A stretch of 64,000 nucleotides of DNA, from assembly GCF_000143415.4 (NCBI RefSeq), contig NW_003314400.1, positions 248,001-312,000 of the forward strand. Reading direction: 5' to 3'. A program made the position numbers and the translations under genes. A model generated the notes under the pieces. The model saw only the letters and a program-made list of their open reading frames with translations. It searched no databases and was not told the DNA's origin. How positions within the stretch are numbered: position 1 is the stretch's first letter; each line of letters starts with the position of its first letter. Shown here piece after piece: positions 23,457-37,352 of the stretch. The DNA is from Selaginella moellendorffii. Taxonomy: Eukaryota; Plantae; Lycopodiophyta.

Positions 23457-26400
23457 TCATACCACTCGGACCCAGTGACCACCACACATCGGACACGAAT
23501 ACGCCCATCTTCCAGTCCACCATGCCTCGCGAGAATTTGAAGGCACAGCACTGGCCTGTGAATTCGGGGACCACGGGACAAGAGATGCAGTTTGCCGTCC
23601 ACACCTCATGCACTGGAATACAAAGAGAAAGAGAGTGATGAAAACGAAAACGAAGAAAAGACCATGTCTGAATACCTTGTGCCAGACTGCATGTAGGACG
23701 GTCTTCCACGACGAAGTTATCACGTCCCGCCTGGAGCCCATGAAACCTGTGTAACTTCCCAAGCCAACCGCGGTTTCCACACCGCAAGCAGCGTCTCGCT
23801 CCGCAAACCTCCGCTTTCGAGGCCACAAATCCATGGGCCTCTCGTGCTTGTCCAGGCTTTCCAGTCTCTCGGACCAAGGTCCACCGGACATGATTCTCTT
23901 GTTCCATTCTTCCGCGGGCGGATGGAGCTCCAGCTCACGCATGAGGAGTCCCGCAGCATCGGCTCCACGAGGACGAGGCAAATTCTGCAAACAACCATGA
24001 GCTCGTAAGAGACCAACCATTTGTGTTTTTGTTTTGGGTACCTGCATGTGTGGGCCAAGAGAAGCTTCGACAATCTCGGGGACCACTGAGAACTGTCCAT
24101 CAATGTAATGTAGTCTAAAGCTCGGGTTGCTCGCTCCAGCGGGGAACTTTGGGAACGGATGAGCAAGCGGCGCTGTTCTCTTGCATAGATCTAACAACAC
24201 GAGAAATAAATATTTCACCTGCAGTTAAAGCTCGTGAGCTTCTGGAAATGAAAACAAAAACAAATGCGCAGACCTCGTCGGCTGTATAGCCTTGACCAGC
24301 ATTTCCACTTCCCAGTCTTAAAGGACGTGTATGAACTGGCTCCTCCTTGGACGGCTGAACCAAAGCAGCTTTTGCAACTTGGCCATCCTCAGTTTTTACA
24401 GTAGGCATTAGACGAGGTCCATTGTTGGCGGACTCCTCTGCTTTGACGGGCGCTACTTCCGACTTTCCCATGTACCGTGGGAGTTGTCTCTTGCGAAAGA
24501 CCAGGCAAAAGAGGAGGAGCTGACAGAGCTTGTGCAGGAAGTAGCAGTCTCCGATGAGACGAACCGCAGGGATGCCAGGAAACGTCGATGTGCTCATGCT
24601 TAGAGGTGGCGCCGCAGGAGCAACTGTGGCGGTATCAGTGTTGCTCATCTTCGCCACGGCACCTTGTATCCAAGCGTGGACTTGAGCGTTTCCACCATTG
24701 CTGCTGGCGCCACCAGGTTGGTTTCCTGAATAAGAATTCGGTTGAGAAGATATCAAAAAACTTTCGCCATACCTGGTGGCGGCAGCGGTGGTGGTGTTGT
24801 CGTTGTTGGTGCTGGAGGTGCTGCTGGTGTCGGAACTGGTGCTGGTGTTGGTGCTACTGGTGCTGGTGCTGCTGATGCTGGCGCTGGAGGCTGAGATCCT
24901 GCGGGAGGACCGTTTGAGCTTGGTGCTTTGACAGCAGCAAGAGTTCGGCAAAAGCTTGCGTATCTCCGCAATCGGGTCAAAAAGTGAGACGCTAGATCCA
25001 AAACCACGTCGACGTAAGACTGCACGAGAGCGTTTCAATGACAGTGTTATTACAAGTGTCGAAACGAACCTGAATTTGATGAACGAGAGCTGGATCAACA
25101 AGCATGGCTTCACCGCCAAGACCTGTCAGAGTTTCGCTGGGTGCTTGCCAAGGGTCGAGAATAAGCGTCGAAGGATTAACGAGTGCTGCTTCTATGCCTT
25201 TGCCTAGGACTTCCAATAAAAGTCTGGCCTGCATATCAAGGACAAGTGCTCTTACTTCAGCAGCATCTGCCCCTTCTAACATCCTACACTTAATGCGATC
25301 CAGAGCCTGTGATCCGAAAACAAATTTGAGAAAAATTTAGGACAAAATAAAAAAGAAAACTTACAGGTCCGTAATGCTGACGATGACCTGCATTTGGCAA
25401 AGAATGAAAATCTGAATCTAGAACCGCTGCAATTGCCCCTAGAGAAACTGACAAACATAAAAGGCATGAATTAGCACGCGCGGGAGATGATAGAGACATG
25501 AAAAACTACCTAGGCCTTCGTCAGCAGCGCTTTGAGAGTACGCAATAGCGTCCCACCAATCAAGTTGAGTTACCAAGCTCCACCAAAATCTGTTTCATCA
25601 AATGGTTGAGCATCTACTTCACCCAAAGAAGGAACTTACCTGTCGGCTATCTGGCGTTCCAGGGGTGCAGTTGTAGGCCCAGATGATGAAAGGGATCGAA
25701 CACGAACAATCTTCAAGAAGCTGGTGTCGGAGTCTGTGTCATGCCAGGCACATGAGAGGCAGCAACCGGAAGCAGATAGAGCTGGAGATGCAACCAAAAG
25801 CCCGACTTGGACGCAGAAGTTCTCGACCGGAACCAGCCCAGGGCCAGAGAACAAGTGAACTTCGCCACCTAAGAGTGCCACCGCAACTTCTCCCCCGTGA
25901 CCGCTGAAGCGAACTTTTGCGATACACTTGACGACGGGTAAAGGCTCTGTTTCCTGTTCCTCGGCCGCAGCGTCACCTGTATCCATGCTGCTCGAAGCGT
26001 CCCGCTCTCGTTTATTATACGACATGGCCAGCTTTGTCTGAGGAAAGCTCTTGTTCACGACTGTTTTCCATGTTGTAGCCATAGGGTGCGACATAGCACC
26101 GTAATTCGCAGCTCCTGCTTCAAAAACAGAGTGTATGGCCACTTGTTGCCGTGAACTTTCCCACCTTTGAAACTTCCATCCGGTCATAGAAGGCCCTCCA
26201 TCAGGATGTTTTGGAGACATATATTGTCCTGTAGAGACAGAGAGAAAAAGAATGAGCAAAGAACGATAATATTGACGACCAAACCTTCAACTATCACAAC
26301 AAGAAGCGCCGTCCCTTGCTTTTCCGGATCGAATGCCACTGCTGCCACTCCGGTTCCCCAAGCTGCTACATTCGATCCAGTGGACGCCTCCGGACTCACG

Positions 26401-27812
26401 TAGGCTGACAAGTTTGAAATTGGCGAGCACTGCAGCAAAGGACCTTCCTTGTCAGGAAGGTCCTTCTCGCGAAGCTCCTGCCAACTGAGAAGATACGCTG
26501 CCAACGATGCCATCCCCGGCCATGAAGGAGCAGTAAATGGTAGAGGCGACGCACCAAGCTTCATCAGCTGCTGACCATTAAATACGCCTGGAGTGATCTC
26601 CCAGATGACAATTGTAGAAGGATTACCGATAGGCACTCCTGCAACTATCAAGGAGCCAGCGTCGTTGACGATAACATCTGCAGCATAGATTCCACTCGGC
26701 CCAGCTCCTAAAACACCTCTGCTTGACGAGTACCAAACTGGCGTAGAGGAGTCTTTGAGAGGCGACTGCCGCCATCGGAGTTGCACCACACCCGACGATA
26801 AAACGATGCAAGCACAAAGAAAATTCGGCCATTTAGCTGCAAGTTAGCGAAGGTTAGCGCGAGACGAACTTTCGAATGTAAACTTTGATCACCAGAGATT
26901 GTAGCTTGACGTGCTAGGAATCTTTCCTCAAACAGTGGTGAAGTTCCAGAACCGGCATCCGTCCATTGGTACTGAAAACATAGTTTAAAGCTAAGCCGAG
27001 AAAGGAAAACTCTGAGCTCACCGAATACTGTGGAGTGATCCATTTCGTGACAACTGCTTGATCTTGCCTCCATTCGTGCTCACAATTCCAGCAATTAAAT
27101 GCCCGTGCCACATTCAAGGGGCCCTGAGGAACAATGTATAAACAGAAGGAAAGAAAGAGAAAAAAAACATACTTTGGATGGTTGAGTCCAGATAGTCACT
27201 TTTCCACGAGAATTCACCACTAAAAGCGCACGCTCACAGCTGGGAGGAGACCACTCGATGAAGGCGATGGAATCACAAGGAGTGTCTACAGCACAAGAGA
27301 AAAAAAAGAGAGAAAAAGTAGATTCTTGGAAGAACAAACACTCGCAAATTCACTCACCAGCAACCACGTTGAAGATCGCGTGCTCCGTGGGCCTCTCAGG
27401 ATCGACGAGATGGACTGGGATCCAGAACGTAGGCTTCTGCCGAGAACTAGGAAGCCAGAATTTTCATCTCGAGAGAGAAACCATCACACATACCCTGGAT
27501 CTCTCGCACAAGTCTCCGTGGCGCAGGCGATTATGTTCGTTTTCCCACACCAAGCGGCGGCACTGCTGCGAAATTTCAAGCATCAATCGCGCGTCAGCGA
27601 TCGCATTCCCTGCCAGAGCAATGTTCTTGCCTGAAAGATTTGAAATCCGGGAACTTGATCCTCCGCCGCTGGCTGAAGGGCTGCGGATGCAGCGAGAGCT
27701 GGAGGATTGTGCTGCTCTCGTCATCGCCATCGGCTGCAGCTGGATTCTCCTCCTCGCCATCGCTGCCCTTGTCGCCAGTGGCTGGAGGAGCCGCTGCCGG
27801 GGCGGCATCCAT
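23457..27812 (-). CDS. MED16: Mediator subunit 16 (SFR6), multi-exon
   Basis: AWCGKTNIIACATETC, DPERPTEHAIFNV, FIEWSP...ALLVVNSRGKVTIWTQP, EWRQDQAVVTKW, VAAVAFDP, LASHFLTRLRRYASFCRTLA, RLIGDCYFLHKLCQLL and a C-terminal CPMCGGHWVRVV*. Confidence 0.93.
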
Positions 27813-27888
27813 TTCCTAGCTACCAAGAACCCTAAAATCCTGGCATTATTTACAAACAGGGCCCTTTTACCTTTACTGTTATTAACTT

Positions 27889-30800
27889 CTATCTGGCAGG
27901 ATTCTTACACTTAGTTCTTCCTTTCTTCTCGATCCCTGTCAAGGATTTGAGTATGGACGATACGCTCTGGAGTTGCGATTTAGCGTCTGCGAGCTTCTTC
28001 TCGGCCGAGATTTTCTGTGCGGCAGCGCCCAAGTAGAATCTCTCCAAGTTCCTGCGAGAGACAACCATGGAATGAACTCTCTCTCTGGAAGAACTCTATA
28101 AAATTGGAGAGAGCTTACTTGCGTTCCGCGTCTACTTTGCGCTCCAGGAGCTGCTTGACGTGATCCAGTCGACGTAAAACCAGAGGTTTTGAGCGAGCAA
28201 CGTCGTCGGCCGAGACCTTGCAAACCAGCTTGAGGACGTCGACAGCCTTGAAGAAGATCTCCTCCTTGTTCCTGGAAAATGCAAACGTTTCGAGCGTGGT
28301 CTGAGACGAGCAATTGTTACCTTGACATCTGGAGCTGCTCTGCGACCACTTCCAAAGAGGTTGGAGTGTTGAGAATGGTCGTAGCGAGAGCTGGATAGCG
28401 TGCCAAGTTGCCGAGGATGGACAGTGCGTGCTTTAAAACCTGCTCGTGCGGAGTGCTCCGGTTGGTTGTCTGAATCAGCTGGACAATCTTTCCGATTGCT
28501 CCGCCTTCCGCGATGCGGTCGCAGCAGTATTTCGAGTGACGAGTTGCTACGTCTGCAGCAGTAGAGTTTCCAGTTGCCGAAGTCAAGAAAAGTCGAGGAA
28601 GAAAGAAAAGAGTTACCTATAGTCGCACATATGTGAAGAATGCTGCTGACAGTCTTAAAACTCAGGAGCAATGCAAGAGCCTCGTTCAGGCGATTTCCAA
28701 GAGTCATGTTGCAGTCGACAGTTGCCGCAGCGTACTGAATGCGCAGTCGCAGCTGATATAGCTCGTTGGTTTGTACCTTCCGCGTATTGTAACCTTTCCA
28801 AAAGGCCTGAGACAAACTCACGTTATACCGGGGAAAGCATAGAAACTTGTACCTGAATGAGAATAGCAGAGGAAAGGATCTTCTTAAGCAGAGTGCGAGC
28901 TTTCCATCCACGATAACATGATTGTATCGTAGTCGCGGCCTGCTTTCTCTTATGAACGTGTGCTGCTTCATCGGATCCAGTGCGCTTCCTGGAACAGAAT
29001 CCACGCCAATAGGATTGCAAAACTGTTGCAGCTCCGTCCAAATTTCTAGACGCTTTCTGAAAACAAACAGTCAACTCGTTACAAACGCTGTTCATTACGT
29101 ACCTTTTTACTTGTTTGTCTCGCCTTCCAGCATTCGTAAGCGGCTTGTGCAATATTAGCAGCCTCCGCCTTCTTCCTCTGAACGTGTTTTCTCCATCTCG
29201 ACTGTATTCTCCTGGCTGCTGAGTTCACAACAAAACTTCGGGTCGCCAACCAGCTTCTGAAACAAGATTGGATGTGGGAAGCAGCGAGCTTAAGTCGCAA
29301 ATAGCTTCTTTGAGCTCTTCGTCGTCTGTAATGGGCTTCAAGAAGGACCACCGCGTTCCTGTACGAGCTAAACCTTTTCTGAGCAGCATATCTCCTGTAA
29401 CATTTTTGAATCAGAGTCGCAGCTCCCGTCCAGTTCGATATCCGTTGTCTCACCAAGAAGCCACGAAAAACTGCCTGTATCTTGGTCACCTTTTCCTGTC
29501 TGCGCTCTAGAATCCGTCTCCACTGCTGTTGCACAGAAACAACGCGAGCCTTGAGCAAAGCGTATGAGCTACGATCAACATAGCCCCTCCATGATGCTTG
29601 AATTCTTCGAATGCTGGACAAAGTCGTCTTCAACCGCTTCTGTTGATCCCAACGCTTATAATGTGCCTGAATTACTGTTCCTGCAGCGCGCCTTTTCTCG
29701 TAAGTTCTTCGATCGACCACAGCGCGCCGTCTCTGCTCGATTCTTTTAACTGCGCATTTTGTCAACACGAACGTTCTGCGAGCTACAAAACATCTCCAAG
29801 CTGCCTGGATAGTAACTGCACCATCGACAATTTTCCTGTAGTTCTTCCTCCATTTCCAGCCCCTATAATTTCCCTGGATAACTACTGCTGCAGCTCGTTG
29901 TTCACGGAACTTCCTGCATTCCAGTGCAGCCGCCACCTTCCTGATGAACCACCTTGTCCGCACATAAGCTCGACGGGCTCTAAAGCATTTCCATGCAGCC
30001 TGGATGGTAACTGCACTCTCGATCATCCTTCTGTACTTTCTCGTATGATTCCAGCCCCTGTAACTTGCCTGGATAACTGTGACTGCAGCTCGTTGTTTCC
30101 GAAAAGTCCTTTTGCTCAACACTGCTTCCCACCTTTGCTCGATCTTTCTAACGAGGAGTTTTGTGAGGAAATACCTCCCGCGAGCAACAAAGCTTCTCCA
30201 TGCTGCCTGGATTTTAACTATACTATCAGCCACCTTCCTGTAACGTCCTCTCTGCGTACTTCCTCTATAAAATGCTTGTATGCGCAGCACGGCGTTTGTT
30301 ATCCTCAGCGTAGACGCTTCTTTTCTCGCTTGAAGGAAACTTCGCCATGCCTTTTGAATAATCGTGGCAGCATCGATCTTGCGCTTAAGGGACTTCCGAA
30401 AGAGAAACCGTTTCCAGCAGCACTGAATCTTGCATACGGCCAGCCTGGTATTAGTGTATACTCGTCTCGTTTTCCAGCCTCGATAACAGCATTGGATACG
30501 TATCGCTGAATCGTCCAGTCTTTGGATTTTCGTCACCTCTGTGTGAATACAAACCATAAGCGAACTCCAAACAGAATGCAGGTTAATATGAATGAACTGA
30601 CCTTCCGATTGAAGTGCATCCTTCAGCACCTGCAGCCAAAACTATCTTATTGTTGTTCAAAACTCAAACAAACACAAATTTTGCAACCTGGAGATCCTCG
30701 CAAACAAGCTTTGAGAACATTAGTGCCAAGAGAAAAATCGCATTTTTCTCCATCCAGAAGGAATTCATGGCGCCACCATTACAACATTCTAGCACCTGGA

Positions 30801-33265
30801 GGACGCCATTAGCTGCAAGATGAACTGGCGACATCGTCAAATACAATACCTTTTGCAAAAACCCCATTTTTTTAGTCACATTATACAGTATTTGAAAGTG
30901 ACAAGGACATCCATTGGACTGTCAAGGACCACCGAATCGTTAGTGAAGAGAAAATGCTACGAATTTGAAAATTATGACCTCTGGAGAGGGCTCGAAGGCT
31001 TCTACAGGCAAACATGCCGGAAGATAAAAATTGATAAGGTAGCATGATGCGCGTGCAATAAAAAAAGGCGTCTTGAAGTTTTGTAACTCGAAACCGTATG
31101 ATTTGCATACCATCTGTAACAAGGAAAAACTCCGTTCCCAGTTTTCTAGAATTTGATATACCTTTCCCCATTTCAAAAGAAGATCAGAAAAATTCAAAGA
31201 CGAATAATCAACTGGAAACTGCAATATCATCATTGTGAGAAAACAAAGCACTGTATCCATTAAGTACCTCGGAGCTTTTGCATTCTATGCGAACAATTTC
31301 TTGTACAAGCGCCTCCTTGCTTAAAAGATGTGGTATCTGCAGACGCAGCAGTTAGGCAACCAAGAATCGACAGCGGAAGCAAAAACCTGCACTTGGATTA
31401 GAATGTTCCAGGCAAGGGCGAGCATTATCTCATGGTCCCCGTCAACAATAAAATCCGCAGAAATTGCATATCCATGTTCGTCTTCGAGAGAAACTCCAGC
31501 TCGAGAAAGGATTTCAAGGGCAACGTCACAGTTATGCTTTTGCCGTTTCCTAAGCGTTGGTGGTAGCTGGATTTTCTGCAGTCACGAGTAGAGTCAGAGA
31601 AACTTACGAGCACCAACCAACCTTTACACCGGAAGTGTCGCCCGATATTACTTGTGCTAATCTGCACAGTCGAACGCCATCTTGAAAATCTTTGAAACTT
31701 GTAATTTGAAAGTTGAACTCGATCAAAGAAGTCTGTAAGAAACTCCATGTCAGTCAACGATCAAGGAAACAGAAAGCTAAAACCTGGACATGAATCAACC
31801 GATAGCCTACAGTGCTCAGATGAGCCATCAGATCTCCTTCTCCATGCATAGCGTTCTTTAAAATATCTGAAAGCGCACAGTTTACTGGTGAGCAGGCTCT
31901 ATCATTTTGCTTACCTTGCAATGCCTGACGGCTCGACTTGATCACCGAATCTCTACGAAACAAAAGGATTGATCCGCCATCGAGGCCGTCTATACCACGG
32001 TCGTTTTGTAGAGCAGTTTGACATCTCAGTCGATCGAGTACTAGAACGAAAATGAGTAGCCGTTTAAGAATGACCCTTCCAAGAGCCTCGTGATAACCCT
32101 GCCGATATAATCCTTCAACAGTTCTGCGAGACAAAAGTGTCAATGTTGCAGAGTCGAAACATCACTTACTTGTTGGTTGAGTAGCATTTTGCAATTCCAG
32201 CATGGACAAAAAATTCCTGCTCGAGCATGCTTTCTAAGTATCTCGCGTCGTTATTGTCAGCGTCGCTTCCGAAACTCAAGCCGAGTACGATATAAAGCCC
32301 CAGCTTAAGCCACGGCGGAGAAAAGCCCAGGAGGACATCGACTGCTTTCTTCCGCAGCCCGACGTCAGCAAGAACAGCACAGCCATCTTTCATCCTCAAT
32401 TTTCCGTCATCTATACGCTGATAAAAATAAAAAGAAAAACGAAAGAACTAAGTTACAATCTCACATTCGATCTTCATACCTTGCCTACTTGAAGCATGAT
32501 GGAAACAATCTCCTCTCGACATACTGGATCAAACTGCGTGCTCAGACGTTGCCGGAAACTTGACAGAGTAAACAGTGTTCGCAGGCTTTCGTTTTCCTTT
32601 CCCGTCAAAGCACTTCCTCTAGCTTCCCCGTTGGATCTGAAAGATGTTGCTTGCTCCAAGTTTCTCGAATCATTCTTTCTAATCTCCCCAAAGTTGGCGG
32701 CTTGCGGTGTCACCACACCAGCCTTCTTCACTGCCTGTTCCAGAACAAGATTGAACCAGCTCACGTAAAGCTTTTCCTGCGACCGTAGCGAGTTTTCTCT
32801 CTTCGCGACCATTGTTTCAGGATAGTCGACTGGCTTGTTTTTCTTCTTTCCGGACAGAGGTGGCCGCAAGACCGCTTGCTTCGATCGGAGAGGCTTGGAA
32901 GCTGTTCGTGACGACGTTTTCTCAAAGTCGATCGACGGCGAGTAAGGGAATAGAACATTATTTTGCCTGTTGCTTGCCTTCAAGGGTGTGATTTGCGACG
33001 AGAACGAGCTCCGCAAGCGTGGGGGCAGCAGTGGTCCAGGCGGGAGGGAGACACAACTGATCTTGCTATGGAAATTCTCATCGTTCTCGCACGCCTGTGG
33101 AGCAGCTTCTTTCGGCTTATCAATCTGCGTCTTGTCAGCGCGAGAAATCCTGCCCCTGGTGGACACATTCCCGCCCGGCGACGTGAAAACCAGCGGACTC
33201 TGGCACCAGAGGATGAAATCCGCGTCGAGCCTCGGATCTTGGCGCTTGGAAACCGGCGTATCCAT
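27889..33265 (-). CDS. ASPM: Abnormal spindle-like (ASPM) homolog, multi-exon
   Basis: ASP-type CH-domain region (ADVGLRKKAVDVLLGFSPPWLKLGL, GEGDLMAHL), a long IQ-repeat exon (IQxxxRG/IQAAWR) and a C-terminal ARM-like segment. The start codon is uncertain. Confidence 0.9.
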
Positions 33266-33530
33266 CAAATCCCTCTACGTTACCCTGATTCGCAGACACA
33301 TATATCCTGATTCTCCAAAAGGAGAGAAATGGACCTCTAGTACCTCACAGATGCGATCGTCCTCCTTCGATCGCCATCGCCATCGCTTCTTCACAATATG
33401 ACCGTTAGACCTAAAACCGCAGCCGTTCGATCTACTCTGCCAATCGAACGGTCCAAAATTCGAATGTTTGGGTTTAACCAGGAATATGCTTAAATAAGAT
33501 ATATACGAAGAATATACTCGTCATTTGGAA

Positions 33531-34524
33531 TCAAAAGAGGGTCACAATGGACTGGACTAACGCATTGGGCATGGAGAAAAATGGGGAATGATCTGAATTG
33601 AGCTCCAAAACCTTGAGTGGAGGGGTCTGCTTGATCATCTCCTCCTGGATTTCCAGTGGAATGGTTTTGTCCTTCTTAGCTTTGATGTAATAGCGAGGAA
33701 CTTTGCCATAGTTTGCAACAGTGAAGCTCACAGTGGGATCAAAGTATGGGAATGGTTTTAGTATCGACTTGGCAAGAACAAAGTCCTGGAATTCAGCTGT
33801 TTTAGAAACTTTGTTTGAAGCTCCTCATAGTTACCTGTGGAGGAGATCTCTGGTATAGCATTTCTCGGGCATGCTCGGGCTTAAATGAGCCAGCAGTAAC
33901 AGAGCCATTTCTAAACGAAAGTATGAATTTGTCTCCAAGTCCTTGCGCGATCTTTCAATGAGATTTAGATTCATTAGAAAGCAATCTAAGATCCAAAGAT
34001 ATGGATGCTTACCTTGTTGTAAATGCTAAGGGCTTGAGATCCATTGCTAGGGAGCATAATAGCAGTAATGTAAACAGCTCCAGAGATTTTCTGGGGGAAT
34101 CTTTCCATAGCATATGTAAGAGAAATGCCCCCTAAACTATGTCCGACCAAGATCACCTGCAAGAACGATAGAAAATTAACAGGAACTTCTCAAAGTATAC
34201 CTTGACGTTTGCTGGCAAAGACTCGAGCAATTCGATCAAAGGGACCGAGTAAGTCTCCAGGTTACCGACGGTTTTTGCATCCACGCCGTTGGTCCCAGCG
34301 CTGGTTAAATCCACAGCCTCCACCCTGTGGCCCTCTTGTTCCAGCTTGTGTGTGACTTTGTACCAACACCAGGCACCATGGCCAGCTCCATGAACTAAAA
34401 CAAAATGGAGCTTCTTAGGAACCTTTTGCTCTAGTTTGACACCATTGGCGACCAAAACATCACAAGATGAAATGTAATAGAGCACAATCCAAGTGATGAG
34501 AACGATCAAACTATGATCAAACAT
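33531..34524 (-). CDS. MES/SABP2-family alpha/beta-hydrolase A with signal peptide (4 exons)
   Basis: HFVLVHGAGHGAWCWYK, VILVGHSLGG, KKDKTIP and SDHSPFFS, with a hydrophobic N-terminus. Confidence 0.9.
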
Positions 34525-34659
34525 TGTAAATTCTGTACAGGCATTTAGGCTTTACCAAGGTTTTCTATGCTGACTAAAAAATAGTGTTCCTCGTGCATGT
34601 CGTCAGTTGGCTTTGACTGCCACATAGGATATTATCTTGACTTTGTTTGAATCATTGAA

Positions 34660-35600
34660 TTTACATGATAGAATGAACTAAGTTCTTGTGCTTTGAGAAA
34701 AATGGAGAATGGTCTGAATGAAGCTCTAGAACCTTAGCAGAGGTGTCTGTTTATCGTACACTCTTGACTGTCCAGTGGAATGGTGAAATCTTTTGTGGCT
34801 TTGACAAAGTAAGGAACACTTCATAGTTTGCTGCGGTGAAGATCACGGTAGGGTCAAGAAACGGGAATGACTTTAGAATTGATTTGGAGAGGACAACATC
34901 CTGTAAGTGATTTCAAAGATGGAGATCACGAAGGAGAATTAAAATCATGCATTCTTATCACCTCTGGAGGAGATTTTGGGTATAGAAGTTGTCAAGAAAG
35001 CTCTAGCTTAAGCGAACTAGCAGCAGGTGTTGAAGAGGAGCCTTTACGAAATAGAGGCGCTTCTAAATCATACAAATCTCCCATGGCTTAGTGTTAATTA
35101 TATGGCTGTAGTTTAGTAGAATTTCAATAGAATTATAAAATTCTATAATAATAATAATAATAATATGATTCAGTACCTGGTTGAAAACAATTCAAGCTTG
35201 AGTGGCATTAAGCGCAGTTACAAAAAAAGATCCAGCAACTCTCTTGGAAACTTTCCATGGCATATGTAAGTGAAAGACCTATGAAATCACCTGGATATTT
35301 CATACAGTTTATATAAAATGAAATATATGTGATTATCTTTTCCTTTGAAGCAGTCGGACCAAAGAATCCGATTAAGTCTCCAACTTATCCACTGTAAGTA
35401 CATCCATACCGCTCGTTGCAACGCTAGTTAAGTCCAGCGGATCCACTTGGCCTGTTCCTCAAGCCCTTGTGTGACTTTATACCAGCCGCGGCCAGCTCCA
35501 TGCATGAAGTGGAACTTACTGGATTCATGGTTGCTTGCTTGTGCGAGGATAGCACAGGTGTGAGGAGAATCAAAGAGATAATGAGGTGAACCATTTGAGC
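34660..35600 (-). pseudogene. Decayed MES paralog B
   Basis: Co-linear with MES-D/F but with deletions through the oxyanion and GHS motifs. Confidence 0.85.
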
Positions 35601-35811
35601 TATACAAATTTTGCCACTATAGACAAACCGTATAGAAGAACCTTGTAGAAGAGCGTAGAAAAATCGGGTGAACTATATCATCACTAGTCGTTCAGAAGTC
35701 ATTGTTGGAAAAGACTTCTAATTTTTTTTTACTGGAACATTTTGACTTTGACACGGACTTCTTAAAGATGTACATTATATTATTACATGCTTTTAAATCC
35801 TCATTATATGA

Positions 35812-36777
35812 TTAAGCCAGAGACAATAGCAGCTTCACTAACGCAAGTGGGGTGGAGAAAAATGGCGAGTGATCACTGTCAAGCGTTAAGACTTGGAGTG
35901 GAGGGTTCTCGTAAATCATTTCCTCTTGACGTGCCACTAGAATAACTTGATCCTGGAGTGTTTTGATGAAGTAACGAGGAACACCTCCATAGTTGGCAGA
36001 GGTGAAGTTCACAGCAACATCGAACAGCGGGAATGGCTTAAGCAGTGATTTCGCCAAAATAACATCCTACGTAAAAGTATCTGTTAATGAAAACTTCTAA
36101 GCTTTGTTTGTTTACCTGTGAAGGAGATTTGTTATATAGCACTTGTTGGGCGCGGTCTAGTTTAAATGCAGCAGCCGAAGGTACCGTGGAGCCATTTGAA
36201 AATATCAGTGTCAAGCTGCCGGGAGTTCCCTTTCATAATGAAAGCGACTAAAATAAAAAACTAACAATCAAAATAATTACCGGCTGGTTGAAGATCTCCC
36301 GAGCCCGAGTTGCATTGTGAGAAAACATAAAAGCAGCGAGATAAACAGCTTTGGAGATTCGGCTAGGCATTTTCTCCAAGGCGTATGTAAGCGTGATTCC
36401 TCCCGAGCTATGGCCAACCAAGATCACCTGAAAGTTTCAATAGAAGCGAGAAACTCAAATTCCCCCAAAAAACTTACACAACTTACTGTGTCATTCACGG
36501 ACTCAAGCATCTGGATCAAGGGAGCCGAATACCTCTCCACGCTACCAACGGTGGTAGCATCGACACTGCTCGTTCCAGCACTGACCAAATCCAAGGTGTC
36601 CACTTGGTGGCCAGATTGTTGCAATGCATTCGCGATTTTGTACCAGCACCACGCACCATGGCCAGCTCCATGAACAAGAACAAAATGGTGTTTCTTGGCA
36701 TCCACAATTTTACCAGAGACTGGGAACTGGAGAAGAAAGAGAACAACTATGCCTAAGAAGGCCGCAATCCATCCCAT
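35812..36777 (-). CDS. MES/SABP2-family hydrolase C with signal peptide (4 exons)
   Basis: MGWIAAFLGIVVLFLLQF..., HFVLVHGAGHGAWCW, GHSSGG, LQDQVI and SDHSPFFS. Confidence 0.9.
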
Positions 36778-36919
36778 AGCCCTGTTGATCCAAGAAGCAA
36801 TCTGAGTCTTACAAAGATTGTTTAAGTTAAAAAACTTGCGAGTATAAAAGAATATACTTTATTCGATAGCATGCTTTAGCGAGTATTTTTGAACCTTAGG
36901 TATATTCGTTTGTGGAACT

Positions 36920-37300
36920 GATAGTTAGCTTACCTGTGAAGGAGATCTGCATTTCTCTGGTGCTCTAGCTTAAATGAGCCGGCAGTAATTCCAAACAAAA
37001 GTGTCTCCAGGTCCTTGGGCGATCTTTCAATGAGATCTAGATTCAGTAGAAGCAATAGATGCAAAGATATAGATGCTTATCGAAGGGGCCAAGTAGTTTT
37101 CCAGGCTACCGACTGTGGTTGCATCCACGCCGTTGGTCCCGGTGCTCAGTTAAATCCATAGCGTCCACCCCCTCTTGTTCCAGCTTGTGTGTGACTTTGT
37201 CCGGTTAAAAGCTTTCTGAAACTTTTGCCCATGGGCGATTAAAACATCACAAGATGAAGTGTAATAAAGTGATGAAGACGATCAAACTATGATTAGACAT
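36920..37300 (-). pseudogene. Decayed MES fragment (MES-A-like)
   Basis: Blocks match 33830-34520 (AAATGAGCC, GCATCCACGCCGTTGGTCCC, AAACATCACAAGATGAA). Confidence 0.8.
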
Positions 37301-37352
37301 CAGACATTTTGTAATAAGCCGGCCTAGAAATACAGTGACTGCCACAATTTCT

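Noticed and set aside
24115-25119. 334-aa Ser/Thr-rich ORF as a separate gene
   Set aside because: It is MED16 exons read through introns in mixed frames, and the low-complexity part is the Pro/Ala linker.
29079-30629. Internal tandem repeats in this long exon
   Set aside because: These are the expected IQ-motif arrays of ASPM.
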